Notes: generated by a model from the sequence alone, not told the origin. Positions 39,712 to 50,089 are shown, counted from the first letter of the stretch. The stretch is DNA of 64,000 bases from Alphaproteobacteria bacterium (GCA_045638265.1 JAZUBA010000077.1:4655-68654); one strand, 5' to 3'. Program-made: numbers and translations.

Positions 39712-42700
39712 ATGTTAAACATCAATAAAAAACAAAAATCAGAAACCAAACTCAAATTAGAAAAAAAGAGAAAAAAGTTAGGGAAACCAATACGTTTAAC
39801 ACATACTTTTGCAAAAGCAAAAAATAGTGCAGTTTTCAGAACTGCACGAAAATCATTGAAAGCAGTTCCTTATATGGGAACAGGCTTAGTATTTGGTGAT
39901 AGCGAATTAATACGATTAATTACAAAATTTGATTTAGCTAAAATAGCAACAAACAACATTGATGGCCTTTTGCATATAAAAGATGCTGCATCGTATATCA
40001 TAAATAATCCAAAAGAAGTTACCAATGAATTATTCGGAGAAGGATTAATTGCTGGCATTCGTGAAACAGCGGTAACCTTACATGATAACATTTCATTAAC
40101 AGGCCATGTCATTGATCCTTCACATAAAGCAAAAGCTTGGATTGCAGACAGTCTTGGTGCGCACAAAGTGTCCTACATAGATGAAAATGGAGAATCAAAA
40201 TTATCCATCGAGAAACAAGAGTATATCTACTCATATGTGCCTTATGGTCCCGACTCGGAAGCACGAGCCAGACTTTTTGTTTATCGACCAGCAGAAGGCT
40301 TAACAGATCAAACAGATGCTAATGGTGAAAAAATAAGAGAATTTTTAAGGGTTCCTGTTGCAGAATTTGACATTCAAAATGACCGCGTAACATATGAAGT
40401 TGAATACAATTCAGATGGGACAAAAACTATTCATTCATATAATGATGAAAATCCGCAATATCAACACTTACAAGAAAATTTTCTAAAAAATAAAATCATC
40501 AATACAAATGAAATTTTTGCTCGTTTCGGAATGCCTGAAACAAAAGTCGGCAACTATTTTGGACAAAAAACAGCAACAGATGTTTTAAAATCAATTAAAA
40601 TAGGTAAACGGATTAGTTCACAAACATACGGCAAAGGAGAAACATATACCGTAATTGATTGGGATAATAGTCAAGATGATAAACTTGTATTTGCAGAAAT
40701 ATACGAACAAATGAATACAAAAACATCTGCTAGATCTCAGTCAGCAGGTATCGTTATGAAAAATATAACAAAAGGAACTGAATATAATAGTGTTTCATAT
40801 GAAGATTTAAAAGAACTAGGTATCAATATCAATGGCGACAAAAATGATTTAAATGTAAGAACACGCATTTTAAAAGATATTTCAAAGAAACTTCATTATA
40901 TCAGAGCAACACAATCTTTTCAAATCATTCAACCTTACCAAGAAACAACTCAAACAAATTTTCAATATTACCGACAAACTGTTAATTATATAAAGAATAC
41001 TGAGGATGAACGTTCAGATTTTTTTAGCAAACATCCATTGTTTGGTCAACGCGACAACACATATATTTCTGAAATAATTGATTATAATATAAATGAAAAA
41101 TCTTTTTTTGACAAAGATGGAAATATAATTTTAAGTGTAACATTTGATAATCCTTCTCAATATAATCATTATCAATATATACCCAACAACATTTTCATTC
41201 CAACAAATACGGATGGGATTAATATGCAATTTGCTCCAACGGGAGAATTTTTAGGCTTTCAATCGGACGAACACACTGCCAATTTAGAAAAATTAAAGCG
41301 ATTACTTGCAGAAAAAGAATTATTACAAAATTTTGATTACTTAAAAAAAACTCTTGGTGTTAAAACATTACCTGAAATACGTAACAAACTAAATCAATTA
41401 TCTAAAACAGAAGATGTTTCTGCATGGGTTGAAATAGTTAATAGTATAGAACACTATGATTTAAAAAATTTTGATGCTCAAGTAATTGATGTGGAATTAG
41501 AAAAATTTACTGCAAAAAATGAACAATTTGAAAAACAGTTTACTGAACTTAAAAAGAAACATATTCAGCGGAATAAAGATGGAAATATTCGTATTTCAAC
41601 AAAATATCATCCGCTTATAATTGGTAAGGAAATTGTTGTAACAAATGAAAACAATAAAAAAGAAAAAATCATAAAAATCAATCAGCTTACGGGATATCCA
41701 CTTACCTTTGAAACATCAGAATATAAATCTCATCGTGATTTTCCGATAGAAGAAACCGATACACAAGAATTTTATTCTTACATGGGCAGAGAAGGGAATT
41801 TTGACTATTATAGAATTAATTACAATGGAACACCAAATACACAAAATTACGGTGGATATGTAAAAGAAGATGCTGTAACGGGAATTTGTCATACATTTAA
41901 TCGCCATGGAAATTGTATTTATATTGATGTCCCTAATGGAGATATAAACACAGATGAAAATTGGGCTTACAATTCAAACTCTGATAGGTATAAACGCATA
42001 TATGAAATGATTATCGAATCAGACAAAGGAGGTGTTTTTTCCAATAATGATGTTCTTGAAATGGCAAAAAAACATAAAGAAACTAACATTCCATTTGATT
42101 ACTTCTCCAAATTAGCAAAATACGAACATATGTTAAAGGAACCTCTGAGAATATCTGGTATAAAAAATCAATATATTCGCTTAAATACATATACGGCTGA
42201 ATTAATCAAAAAAGAGCTTATAACAGATACATATATTGATAACCAACTGAAATGCTTATCTGAATTGGAAACCATATTAAACGGGATTCCAAAACAAACA
42301 GCAGCAATTAAAACTCAAAAAGAAGCATTAAAAAAACAACGCAATATTTTAAAAGAAATGTATCAAAAACCAATAGATGAAAAGACACAAGATATCATCA
42401 AACAAGTTTTACTTTTTGATAATCAGGCAAAGCATTGTCTTTATATACCTTCACACGCTACCCAAATTGATACCAATCAATATATATCAAAAAATGATAA
42501 TTATACAAAAAACTCAGTTATAACAAAATGTTACAATCAAAAAAATCCAGCACAAACTGTATATCGCATTAATTCAAACAAGGGGGAATTTGCTGGATTA
42601 ATTATTGAAGATAAAAAAACAACAATTTGTCAAATATATGATAACAATGGATATTTAATTGAAGTAGACAAACCATTAGACACTTCTTCCGATGAAACAA

Positions 42701-43047
42701 ACTGGTATTCTTTGAATGATTTAAATAATCCTCGCTTATGTGATATGATAGACATTGTTGCAAAAAGAATGTCGTTATATCAATATGCATATGGTATAAA
42801 TAAAAATTGTCCAACATATGAAAATCGTTTAACAAAACAAATACGTTTTGATAAATTTAAGGAAAGGAAGAAACTTGAAATGACAATAGCAGAAACAGAT
42901 TTTTCTCCATTTTTTGATGATTCATATTCATATACGGATAATCTTATCAATGAGACATTGGTCAAAAATGCACAAAAATTTGACACAGATTCTAGGGATA
43001 TTAAAAATAAAAATTCATCTATTTCAAATAAAAATCAATCCAGATAA
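39712..43047 (+). CDS. Very large (1111 aa) orphan hypothetical protein with basic N- and C-termini (candidate secreted effector)
   Basis: Single long ORF, Asn/Lys/Tyr-rich, no recognisable catalytic motif; N-terminus KKQKSETKLKLEKKRKKLGK. Confidence 0.5.
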   Translation: MLNINKKQKSETKLKLEKKRKKLGKPIRLTHTFAKAKNSAVFRTARKSLKAVPYMGTGLVFGDSELIRLITKFDLAKIATNNIDGLLHIKDAASYIINNPKEVTNELFGEGLIAGIRETAVTLHDNISLTGHVIDPSHKAKAWIADSLGAHKVSYIDENGESKLSIEKQEYIYSYVPYGPDSEARARLFVYRPAEGLTDQTDANGEKIREFLRVPVAEFDIQNDRVTYEVEYNSDGTKTIHSYNDENPQYQHLQENFLKNKIINTNEIFARFGMPETKVGNYFGQKTATDVLKSIKIGKRISSQTYGKGETYTVIDWDNSQDDKLVFAEIYEQMNTKTSARSQSAGIVMKNITKGTEYNSVSYEDLKELGININGDKNDLNVRTRILKDISKKLHYIRATQSFQIIQPYQETTQTNFQYYRQTVNYIKNTEDERSDFFSKHPLFGQRDNTYISEIIDYNINEKSFFDKDGNIILSVTFDNPSQYNHYQYIPNNIFIPTNTDGINMQFAPTGEFLGFQSDEHTANLEKLKRLLAEKELLQNFDYLKKTLGVKTLPEIRNKLNQLSKTEDVSAWVEIVNSIEHYDLKNFDAQVIDVELEKFTAKNEQFEKQFTELKKKHIQRNKDGNIRISTKYHPLIIGKEIVVTNENNKKEKIIKINQLTGYPLTFETSEYKSHRDFPIEETDTQEFYSYMGREGNFDYYRINYNGTPNTQNYGGYVKEDAVTGICHTFNRHGNCIYIDVPNGDINTDENWAYNSNSDRYKRIYEMIIESDKGGVFSNNDVLEMAKKHKETNIPFDYFSKLAKYEHMLKEPLRISGIKNQYIRLNTYTAELIKKELITDTYIDNQLKCLSELETILNGIPKQTAAIKTQKEALKKQRNILKEMYQKPIDEKTQDIIKQVLLFDNQAKHCLYIPSHATQIDTNQYISKNDNYTKNSVITKCYNQKNPAQTVYRINSNKGEFAGLIIEDKKTTICQIYDNNGYLIEVDKPLDTSSDETNWYSLNDLNNPRLCDMIDIVAKRMSLYQYAYGINKNCPTYENRLTKQIRFDKFKERKKLEMTIAETDFSPFFDDSYSYTDNLINETLVKNAQKFDTDSRDIKNKNSSISNKNQSR

Positions 43048-43076
43048 TTTATTGGATTATATCAACCACAAAAAAA

Positions 43077-43115
43077 CAACCTCCTGAATTTTAGTTATAC
43101 TCAGGAGGTTGTTTA
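43077..43115. terminator. Bidirectional hairpin terminator between convergent genes
   Basis: CAACCTCCTGA-attttagttatac-TCAGGAGGTTG, an 11-bp perfect stem. Confidence 0.65.
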
Positions 43116-43134
43116 ATCGTAGAGTAGAGTGATT

Positions 43135-44007
43135 TTACTCTCTACAACCTCGTTCTTGGTGTGCTGCCAAAGATTTTTGTTGTGTTGTTACTTTTGATAT
43201 ACCTGTTTTTATTGTATCCATTTTTTGAATTAAATGTTTTAATTCAATAAATTGGATTGAACTCTTAATCATTGTGCTATCTTTAATAGCTTTATAAGCA
43301 TAATCACGAGCCGTTTCCCCAAATTCATTTTGAAGCGTTATATCTGCCCCGTTATTGATTAATGCTTCAGCAATATTATAACGCGCATTTTGAATGGCTA
43401 TCATTAATGCCGTTTCACCCCATCTGTTTTGTTTGTTTAAATTGGCATTTAATTGAATAATTTGTTCTACATCACTTGTTTTACCTGTATGAGCCAACAA
43501 CATTAAAGCAGTATTACCGTCTTTATTTTTTGCATTTATATCAGCACCGGCTTTGATTAACGATTCTGTCAAATATGTTTTCCCCGATGTAACAGCATAC
43601 ATCAAAGCAGTAAACCCATTTTTTTCTTTATCATTAACATTTGCCCCATTCTGAATTAATGTTTCTGCAATGTTTTTGTGACCTCTGCTTGCCGCCCACA
43701 TTAAAGGTGTTATACCATTCACATCTTTAACGTTTATATCTGCTTTGGCATGAATTAAAGCCTCTACAATTTGAGTTAAACCATGGTAAGCAGCCTCCAT
43801 TAAAGGTGTATTCCCAAGCATATCTTTTGTATGAATATCTTTGCCTTCATTGATTAATGCAATTGCTTTTTCTTCATGACCTTGTTGAATTGCCTCCATT
43901 AATAAAGATTTTTTTTCTGCTTGTGGGTAATATACGGCACAATCCATATTCAGGATAGGTTTAATGTCTATCATTTTTTTTCTCCATAAGTTGAAATTAC
44001 TATTCAA
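43135..44007 (-). CDS. Ankyrin-repeat protein
   Basis: Six or more canonical repeats (GNTPLMEAAYHG, GITPLMWAASRGH, GFTALMYAVTSG, GNTALMLLAHTG, GETALMIAIQNA). Confidence 0.85.
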   Translation of the reverse strand: MNSNFNLWRKKMIDIKPILNMDCAVYYPQAEKKSLLMEAIQQGHEEKAIALINEGKDIHTKDMLGNTPLMEAAYHGLTQIVEALIHAKADINVKDVNGITPLMWAASRGHKNIAETLIQNGANVNDKEKNGFTALMYAVTSGKTYLTESLIKAGADINAKNKDGNTALMLLAHTGKTSDVEQIIQLNANLNKQNRWGETALMIAIQNARYNIAEALINNGADITLQNEFGETARDYAYKAIKDSTMIKSSIQFIELKHLIQKMDTIKTGISKVTTQQKSLAAHQERGCRE

Positions 44008-44078
44008 TATATCATTTTCTCAAAACAAATGCAATAATTTTTGTTTAATTTTCTATAATTTTATATTTTTCTTAAAAT

Positions 44079-44109
44079 AAAACAGCAATAGAAATGCTAC
44101 TGCTGTTTT
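44079..44109 (-). terminator. Possible terminator hairpin downstream of valS
   Basis: AAAACAGCA-ataga aatgctac-TGCTGTTTT inverted repeat. Confidence 0.35.
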
Positions 44110-44136
44110 ATTAAATTATTTTAAGAAATCAAAAAA

Positions 44137-46746
44137 TTAGTTTGTTTTGACTTTCTTTTCATCTTCTCCAAAAACACAAGTTGTGATAGATAATTCATTA
44201 CCTGCATTATAAGAAATATTATTTTCTTTGATGTTTGCTGCATTAACAATATCTTCTTGTGAAGCTTGTAAGACGGGAATGTCTTTTTCAGGAGCAGATA
44301 CAACCAATTCTAAAACAGGTGTTTTAACAGAACGTTTTTCTTCTGCTTTTTGTTTGCGAATTAAGTTGATGAGTGCAACAGACATATCATAAACCGCTGG
44401 ATTTCCTTTAATGGATTCTAATTCAGCTACTTTGGGGAATGAGGCTTTGTGAATAGATTCATTACCTGTATGCCATGGGCGTGATTGCCAAATTTCTTCT
44501 GTTGTAAAGCTCATAAACGGAGCAAATAAACGCATTAAAACATCAATTGTCAACATCAATGTTGAAACAGCGGAAATTGGGTTTTCACTGTATGCACGAC
44601 CTTTGACTAATTCCAAATAGTTGTCGCAGAAGTCCCAGAAACATTTTTCCGTTACTTCAAGAGCAAAAGCGTAGTCGTTGTTTTCAAAAGATTTATTTGC
44701 TGTTGCAATGACTTCTGATAATTTAGCAACCCAAGCTTTGTCTTCCTCGCTTGTAATATTGTTTTGATAATCAGATGTCAATGAAATACCTGATTTTTCA
44801 ACCATCATAAATACGAATTTAGAGGCATTAAATATTTTCATACTTAATTTACGGCCTTGTTCCATAATTTGTTCTTCAAAGGCAGTATCAATACCTAATT
44901 TTGCACGACTTGCCCAATAACGAACGGCATCAGAAGAATGTTTGACCAGTAAATCCATCGGTGTAATAACATTTCCTTTTGATTTACTCATTTTCTTTCT
45001 ATCCGGATCCAAAATAAATCCACTGATTAAAGCTTCATGCCACGGTTCTTGTTTTTCATGTGCATAAGATTTCATAATTGTGTAGAATGCCCAAGTCCGA
45101 ATAATATCATGTGCTTGCGGACGGATATCAAACGGCATTGTAATATGATGACCTTCCGGTGCGTGAGCGATTGCAATTTGCGGTGTTAAAGAACTTGTTG
45201 CCCAAGTATCCATAATATCTTTATCGCCGACAAAACCGTTAGGTTGATTGCGTTGTTCTTCCGTATAACCGGTAGGAACGGCAATCATCGGATCAATCGG
45301 CAATTGGTCAACTGTCGGGTAAATTGGTGAATCATAATCAATAATGCCTTTTTCATTGATTTTGTACCAAACAGGGAAGGGAACGCCAAAAAAGCGTTGA
45401 CGGGAAATACACCAATCTTGATTTAAACCGTCCACCCAAGCTTCATAGCGAGATTGCATGTGAGCCGGTGTCCATTTGATTTTTCGACCCATTTCCAATA
45501 AGTCGTTTTTCAAACTTAAAATAGAAACAAACCATTGGCGGGAAGAAACGAATTCCAAAGGAACAGAGCCTTTTTCATAAAATTTAACCGGATGCATTAA
45601 CGGTTTCGGTTCGCCGACTAAATCACCGCTTTCACGTAAAAATTCTACAATTTTAGCACGAGCATCTTTGACTTTTAATCCTTTGATTTGTTCATAATAT
45701 GAACGAGCTTTTTCAGCGTTCAATGATACAAAATTACCTTGACCGTATTCAATATCCATTAAACGACCGTCTAAACCAATGATTTGTTTGATTGGCAAAC
45801 CCGATTTTTTCCACCAAGCGACGTCAGCGGCATCACCAAAAGTACAAACCATCATAATACCGGTTCCCTTATCCATTTCGGCATGTTCTGACGGAACAAT
45901 CGGAACAGGAATGTCAAAAATCGGTACAATGGCTTTTTTACCGAAAAACGGTTTGTAACGTTCATCATCAGGGTGTGCAACAACGGCAATACAAGCCGGT
46001 AAGAATTCCGGACGAGTTGTTGCAATTGTGAATTTGGCATCACTATCTTCAACACCGAAGTGAATGTCATGGAAGAAACCGGCTGTTTCTCTGTCTTCAA
46101 TTTCAGCTTGTGCAACGGCAGATTGGAATGTAACATCCCACATTGTCGGAGCTTCAACTGATTTTGCCAAACCGTTATGAACCAAGTCTAAAAATGATTT
46201 TTGAGCTTCTTTGCGTGATTTTTCATCAATAGTAGCGTATTTTAAACTCCAATCATAGGAATGACCGATATGGCGGAAAATATCTTCAAATACTTTTTCA
46301 TCATTTTCAACCAAAATATCACAGGCTTCAATAAAGTTTTGACGAGAGACTTCTTTTCTTGGTTCAGTTGATTTCGGATTATGTTCCGGTTTAAAATTCG
46401 GGTCATATGGCACGTTTGGATTACATGCAATATTAAAGTAATTTTGAACACGGCGTTCTGTCGGTAATCCGTTATCATCCCATCCAATCGGATAGAAAAT
46501 AGATTTACCGAGCATACGGTTGTAACGAACCATTACGTCTGTTTGAGTATAAGAAAAAATATGTCCGATATGCAAAGAACCGGAAACAGTCGGAGGAGGG
46601 GTATCAACAACAAATGTGTTTTCACGAGAAGCAGTTTTATCATATTGATAAACATTATTTTCTTCCCAAAAACGAATGGCCCGTTCTTCCATGGCTGGTG
46701 CATTAAATTTGTCATCTAATTTTTTAATTTCTTTGTATTGCGACAT
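44137..46746 (-). CDS. valS: Valyl-tRNA synthetase
   Basis: HIGH region PPPTVSGSLHIGH; KMSKS motif KMSKSKGNV; WCISRQRFFGVPFPVWY editing/connective region; 869 aa. Confidence 0.8.
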   Translation of the reverse strand: MSQYKEIKKLDDKFNAPAMEERAIRFWEENNVYQYDKTASRENTFVVDTPPPTVSGSLHIGHIFSYTQTDVMVRYNRMLGKSIFYPIGWDDNGLPTERRVQNYFNIACNPNVPYDPNFKPEHNPKSTEPRKEVSRQNFIEACDILVENDEKVFEDIFRHIGHSYDWSLKYATIDEKSRKEAQKSFLDLVHNGLAKSVEAPTMWDVTFQSAVAQAEIEDRETAGFFHDIHFGVEDSDAKFTIATTRPEFLPACIAVVAHPDDERYKPFFGKKAIVPIFDIPVPIVPSEHAEMDKGTGIMMVCTFGDAADVAWWKKSGLPIKQIIGLDGRLMDIEYGQGNFVSLNAEKARSYYEQIKGLKVKDARAKIVEFLRESGDLVGEPKPLMHPVKFYEKGSVPLEFVSSRQWFVSILSLKNDLLEMGRKIKWTPAHMQSRYEAWVDGLNQDWCISRQRFFGVPFPVWYKINEKGIIDYDSPIYPTVDQLPIDPMIAVPTGYTEEQRNQPNGFVGDKDIMDTWATSSLTPQIAIAHAPEGHHITMPFDIRPQAHDIIRTWAFYTIMKSYAHEKQEPWHEALISGFILDPDRKKMSKSKGNVITPMDLLVKHSSDAVRYWASRAKLGIDTAFEEQIMEQGRKLSMKIFNASKFVFMMVEKSGISLTSDYQNNITSEEDKAWVAKLSEVIATANKSFENNDYAFALEVTEKCFWDFCDNYLELVKGRAYSENPISAVSTLMLTIDVLMRLFAPFMSFTTEEIWQSRPWHTGNESIHKASFPKVAELESIKGNPAVYDMSVALINLIRKQKAEEKRSVKTPVLELVVSAPEKDIPVLQASQEDIVNAANIKENNISYNAGNELSITTCVFGEDEKKVKTN

Positions 46747-46925
46747 TTTTTCCTCACTGTTATATTAAATAAACACAAAACTTTGGACATATTAACGTAA
46801 AGTCATTTAAAAAGCAAGCAGAATTTCATGTAAAATGTTTTTTTTCAAAAACAGCAAATGTACCTTGATATAACACATATTTTATGGTATGATAAAACAA
46901 GTTATAAAAAAAACGGAACAAGCGT

Positions 46926-47888
46926 ATGACAGACGACAAACAAATTAAAATAGATTTTATAGCTGATAAAATACCGGCATTTTATATCTATTTATTAGAG
47001 AAGGGTTATTTTGCACAATTACCTATTGTTAAGGACAATGTTTTTTTTAAATCCTTAAAAAAATTACAGGAAAATTTAAATCAACGCAAAATTCAAACTC
47101 ATGAAGAACTATATCGTTTTGTTCATGATTCTTTTTTAAATAAAATTCAAGAGAAAACTACTCATATTAATGAATTTCAATCACATTTTCAGGCGTATAG
47201 TCAATTTTATGATAAAAACAAGATTTCCGTTGAAGCTTATGTTCAGGCATTAAATGATACTCAAAAATCTTATGCCGAACGATTAAAGCAAATGTATTCA
47301 TTTTTAAAAATTAAACCTGAATTTAAATGTAGTGGTATTGTAACACCTGTTCCGTTTAAAGATATTGACGGGGCAGGGAATCCACAAGGGTTTTATATCT
47401 TGTTTACGCCTGAAAAGAAAAAAGATGAAGTATATATCGGTGATTCATTGTTGCCGGAACGTAAACAATATACGCCATTACATGAAGCCGGACATGTGTT
47501 ATATGCTAATTCCGGTGTTCGTAGAGATTTAGCGGAACAAAAAGGATTAGGCGCCAGAAAGCTGATATTAACTTTAAGTAAGTACTTTTTTGAAAATCCG
47601 AATAAACGGCTCAACAAAAATATGATACCGGCTTGGAATGCATTGGCATGTGTTGATGAAGCCGTTGCCGTTTTTTCTGCCTCTATTTCATCTGATAAAG
47701 TTGGTTATTACGGGTGGGAAACCGCCGATACATTAAGCAAAGAATTTTATCCGATAGCTGCTCGGTATTTACAAGAAAACAAACCTATGGATGATAATTT
47801 ATATAAAGCATTGGCCGTTGCTTTTGAAAGGAAAGTTTATCAAAACAAAGTGCAAAAACCAATATCAAAACTTCAATCAGAAAGATAG
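46926..47888 (+). CDS. Hypothetical protein with an HExxH motif (possible zinc metallopeptidase)
   Basis: TPLHEAGHVLYA; 320 aa; no other recognisable domain. Confidence 0.45.
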   Translation: MTDDKQIKIDFIADKIPAFYIYLLEKGYFAQLPIVKDNVFFKSLKKLQENLNQRKIQTHEELYRFVHDSFLNKIQEKTTHINEFQSHFQAYSQFYDKNKISVEAYVQALNDTQKSYAERLKQMYSFLKIKPEFKCSGIVTPVPFKDIDGAGNPQGFYILFTPEKKKDEVYIGDSLLPERKQYTPLHEAGHVLYANSGVRRDLAEQKGLGARKLILTLSKYFFENPNKRLNKNMIPAWNALACVDEAVAVFSASISSDKVGYYGWETADTLSKEFYPIAARYLQENKPMDDNLYKALAVAFERKVYQNKVQKPISKLQSER

Positions 47889-47958
47889 TCAACAAAAATC
47901 CCCTGAAATTAATATTCAAGGGATTTTTGCTTGTTTGGTAGTTTTAATAATACAATTA

Positions 47959-48156
47959 TTAATTATCTTTAGCAACACAATCTGTTGAAGGTTTATATTC
48001 GATAATACCGTTTAATGGGTTTCCTTGTAAATCGTAAACCAAATTACTGCCTTTTTTTAATTGAACTTGATTATGTTTATATACTGTTTCAGAAAAAGCT
48101 GTTTGTGAGATTGCAATGCAACCAAATATAATAGTATGAAAAATTATTTTTTTCAT
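47959..48156 (-). CDS. Small secreted protein (signal peptide)
   Basis: MKKIIFHTIIFGCIAISQTAFS leader; 65 aa. Confidence 0.35.
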   Translation of the reverse strand: MKKIIFHTIIFGCIAISQTAFSETVYKHNQVQLKKGSNLVYDLQGNPLNGIIEYKPSTDCVAKDN

Positions 48157-48240
48157 TCATTAACCTCCTGTATATAATAACTATACAGAAAACAGATAAA
48201 TGATGCAATGATAATTTGTGAATTTTATTGTTTTTATATA

Positions 48241-48268
48241 AAAAAAACATCCTGTTGAGAGCAGGGTG
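48241..48268 (-). terminator. Rho-independent terminator (T-run on the minus strand) just outside the phage-like element
   Basis: CATCCTG-ttgagag-CAGGGTG hairpin preceded on the plus strand by AAAAAAAA (equivalent to a T-run after the hairpin on the minus strand). Confidence 0.5.
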
Positions 48269-48764
48269 CTTGTTTTAAAAATGCAATAAAAAATTATTTT
48301 GTTGCAATATTGATAAATGGTAACGGCGCAGAACCGTATATATTAACCGGTAATTTTCTATCCCATTCATTTAAAAGAAGCACAAATATTGTTTCTTTAA
48401 AAGATACTAAAATCAAAAAACATTTTAAAATAAACATAAAGCATTGATATTTTTAGTTTGTTTTTTATATTTAAAGTGATTAAGGACGTTTTAGAACGAT
48501 CAAATTAAATTCTGGTGTATAAATACTTAAAAATGTCTTTAAAAATTGAGTATTGAGAGCAGAGTTGTATTACGTAAGGTATTATATGAGATAGAGAATA
48601 GAAAAGTAGATTAATACTGTGATAATTGATGACAATATCAAATAGTATGATTTGTGATAAACGAACCAACATAGCATTCACAAGTAAAGTTATAAACAAA
48701 GTTATCCACAAATGTTATAAGAATATGATTTTAAAAGATTTTTACTTATTTCTTGTTTATCTGT

Positions 48765-48792
48765 TTGTCGCATAATTTTTATTATGTTAACT
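48765..48792. other. dif site (XerC/XerD chromosome-dimer resolution site), functioning as attL of an integrated element
   Basis: TTGTCGCATAA-TTTTTA-TTATGTTAACT versus E. coli dif GGTGCGCATAA-TGTATA-TTATGTTAAAT: 22/28 identical, XerD arm 10/11, with an internal CATAAT/ATTATG palindrome. Confidence 0.7.
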
Positions 48793-48923
48793 TGTAGTTA
48801 ACATGATGAAAGTTTTATCACTTAAAATTTAACATTTCTTATCTGAAAGCGAGGTGTTTATAAAATCAATGGTATAATTAAGGTATTATTTGTTTTAACT
48901 TTTTTTAAAAAAGGAGTCTAACC

Positions 48924-49379
48924 ATGAAAAACGAATCCCAAGTCTTTTTTGAAAATATTTTAAACCAATTAAAAGATATTCAAATCAAACATACGGCAAT
49001 TTTAAACGAAATAAACGCCGTACAACAACAATCACGTATTTTGGCTGAACTGGTAGCCTGTTTTTTAAATAACCCGCTGTACGTTAAAAAAAACGCCCTT
49101 ATTGTGCGTTCTATTAACTCATATCTGAAAACTGGTTTAAATTTAGACCAAGCCATGATTAAAACGTCCGAAAGATTGTGCGAATCGTTCAGACGTTGCC
49201 AAGTTGTTTATAACGTGGAAAAAAATCATGAAAATGTAATGAAACAGTATGCAATCCGGCACATGGTTTTGACGCTTGCAAAAAATGGATTTTCCAAGCG
49301 CCAAATTGCCAAAATATGCGGTTTTTCCGAAAAATATCTATACGATTTTATCAAGAAAAACAAGGAGAAACAACGTTAA
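48924..49379 (+). CDS. Hypothetical protein with a C-terminal HTH-like segment (phage regulator?)
   Basis: FSKRQIAKICGFSEKYLYDFIKK; 151 aa; GGAG RBS; first gene inside the dif-bounded element. Confidence 0.4.
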   Translation: MKNESQVFFENILNQLKDIQIKHTAILNEINAVQQQSRILAELVACFLNNPLYVKKNALIVRSINSYLKTGLNLDQAMIKTSERLCESFRRCQVVYNVEKNHENVMKQYAIRHMVLTLAKNGFSKRQIAKICGFSEKYLYDFIKKNKEKQR

Positions 49380-49522
49380 TTGAACCAACCAATAAACGTT
49401 GAAATGAAACTCATTAAATCACCCGTACCGGTTAAATATGAACCGATAGATGTAAAAATATATCCCCAAAACGATTTATTTTTGATTGTAGCCTTGATTT
49501 TATCTTTCATGCCCTACCCCCC

Positions 49523-49717
49523 TTAAAAAAATGTCATTTGTTGCTGTGAGCGTCTTTTTGTGCGTTTTTTGACCGTCTTTTTTTTCGGTTTAGCTGTCTT
49601 TTTTGTTTTTGACTTCATTTTGTTGTATATTTTCTTGCGTTCTTCTGCCGGCAATCCTTGCGTCATGCAAGCCCAATACGCCTTTTGGTATTTTCTATAT
49701 AATGCTGTTGTTGTCAT
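49523..49717 (-). CDS. Small highly basic protein (KKTAKPKKKTVKKRTKRR tail), possible DNA-binding/packaging protein
   Basis: 64-aa ORF at the end of the phage late block. Confidence 0.3.
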   Translation of the reverse strand: MTTTALYRKYQKAYWACMTQGLPAEERKKIYNKMKSKTKKTAKPKKKTVKKRTKRRSQQQMTFF

Positions 49718-49896
49718 TTGTGATATCCCTCCAATTTTTTTAGACGTTCATCGTACATGTTAATTTTAAATTCAATCTTTAAAATTCTTGTTTCAATGCG
49801 CATTACCTGAAACAAGATAATGATTGATATCCCGAAAGCCCCGTATGTTTCAATTAACGTTTCTATCATTTCAAATACTTCTTCCAAACATACCAA
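49714..49896 (-). CDS. Small hydrophobic phage protein
   Basis: 60 aa with one TM-like segment (AFGISIIILFQV). Confidence 0.3.
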   Translation of the reverse strand: MVCLEEVFEMIETLIETYGAFGISIIILFQVMRIETRILKIEFKINMYDERLKKLEGYHK

Positions 49897-50078
49897 CCAG
49901 CAATACCTAATACGCCGGCAATAACTAAATCTTGATTATCTAATTGCTTATTTTGTGTTATTACGCCATTTTCGGCATTAATAATTACATCTGGATTATC
50001 GGTTGCATTATTTATTACTGTTCCGATATATGCCCCACCAAAAAATGCTCCTACAACTCCCAAAACTACCGGTAACAT
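49866..50078 (-). CDS. Holin-like small membrane protein
   Basis: 70 aa with two glycine-zipper TM segments (LPVVLGVVGAFFGGAYIG, LVIAGVLGIAGWYVW); immediately downstream of the lysin. Confidence 0.4.
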   Translation of the reverse strand: MLPVVLGVVGAFFGGAYIGTVINNATDNPDVIINAENGVITQNKQLDNQDLVIAGVLGIAGWYVWKKYLK

Positions 50079-50089
50079 AAAAAGACCTC

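Noticed and set aside
48505-48711. 68-aa ORF in the AT-rich region left of the dif site
   Set aside because: It has no RBS and a hydrophobic low-complexity translation. It sits in a ~600-bp AT-rich non-coding stretch between the terminator and dif. It could hide a small RNA, but no conserved structure was evident.
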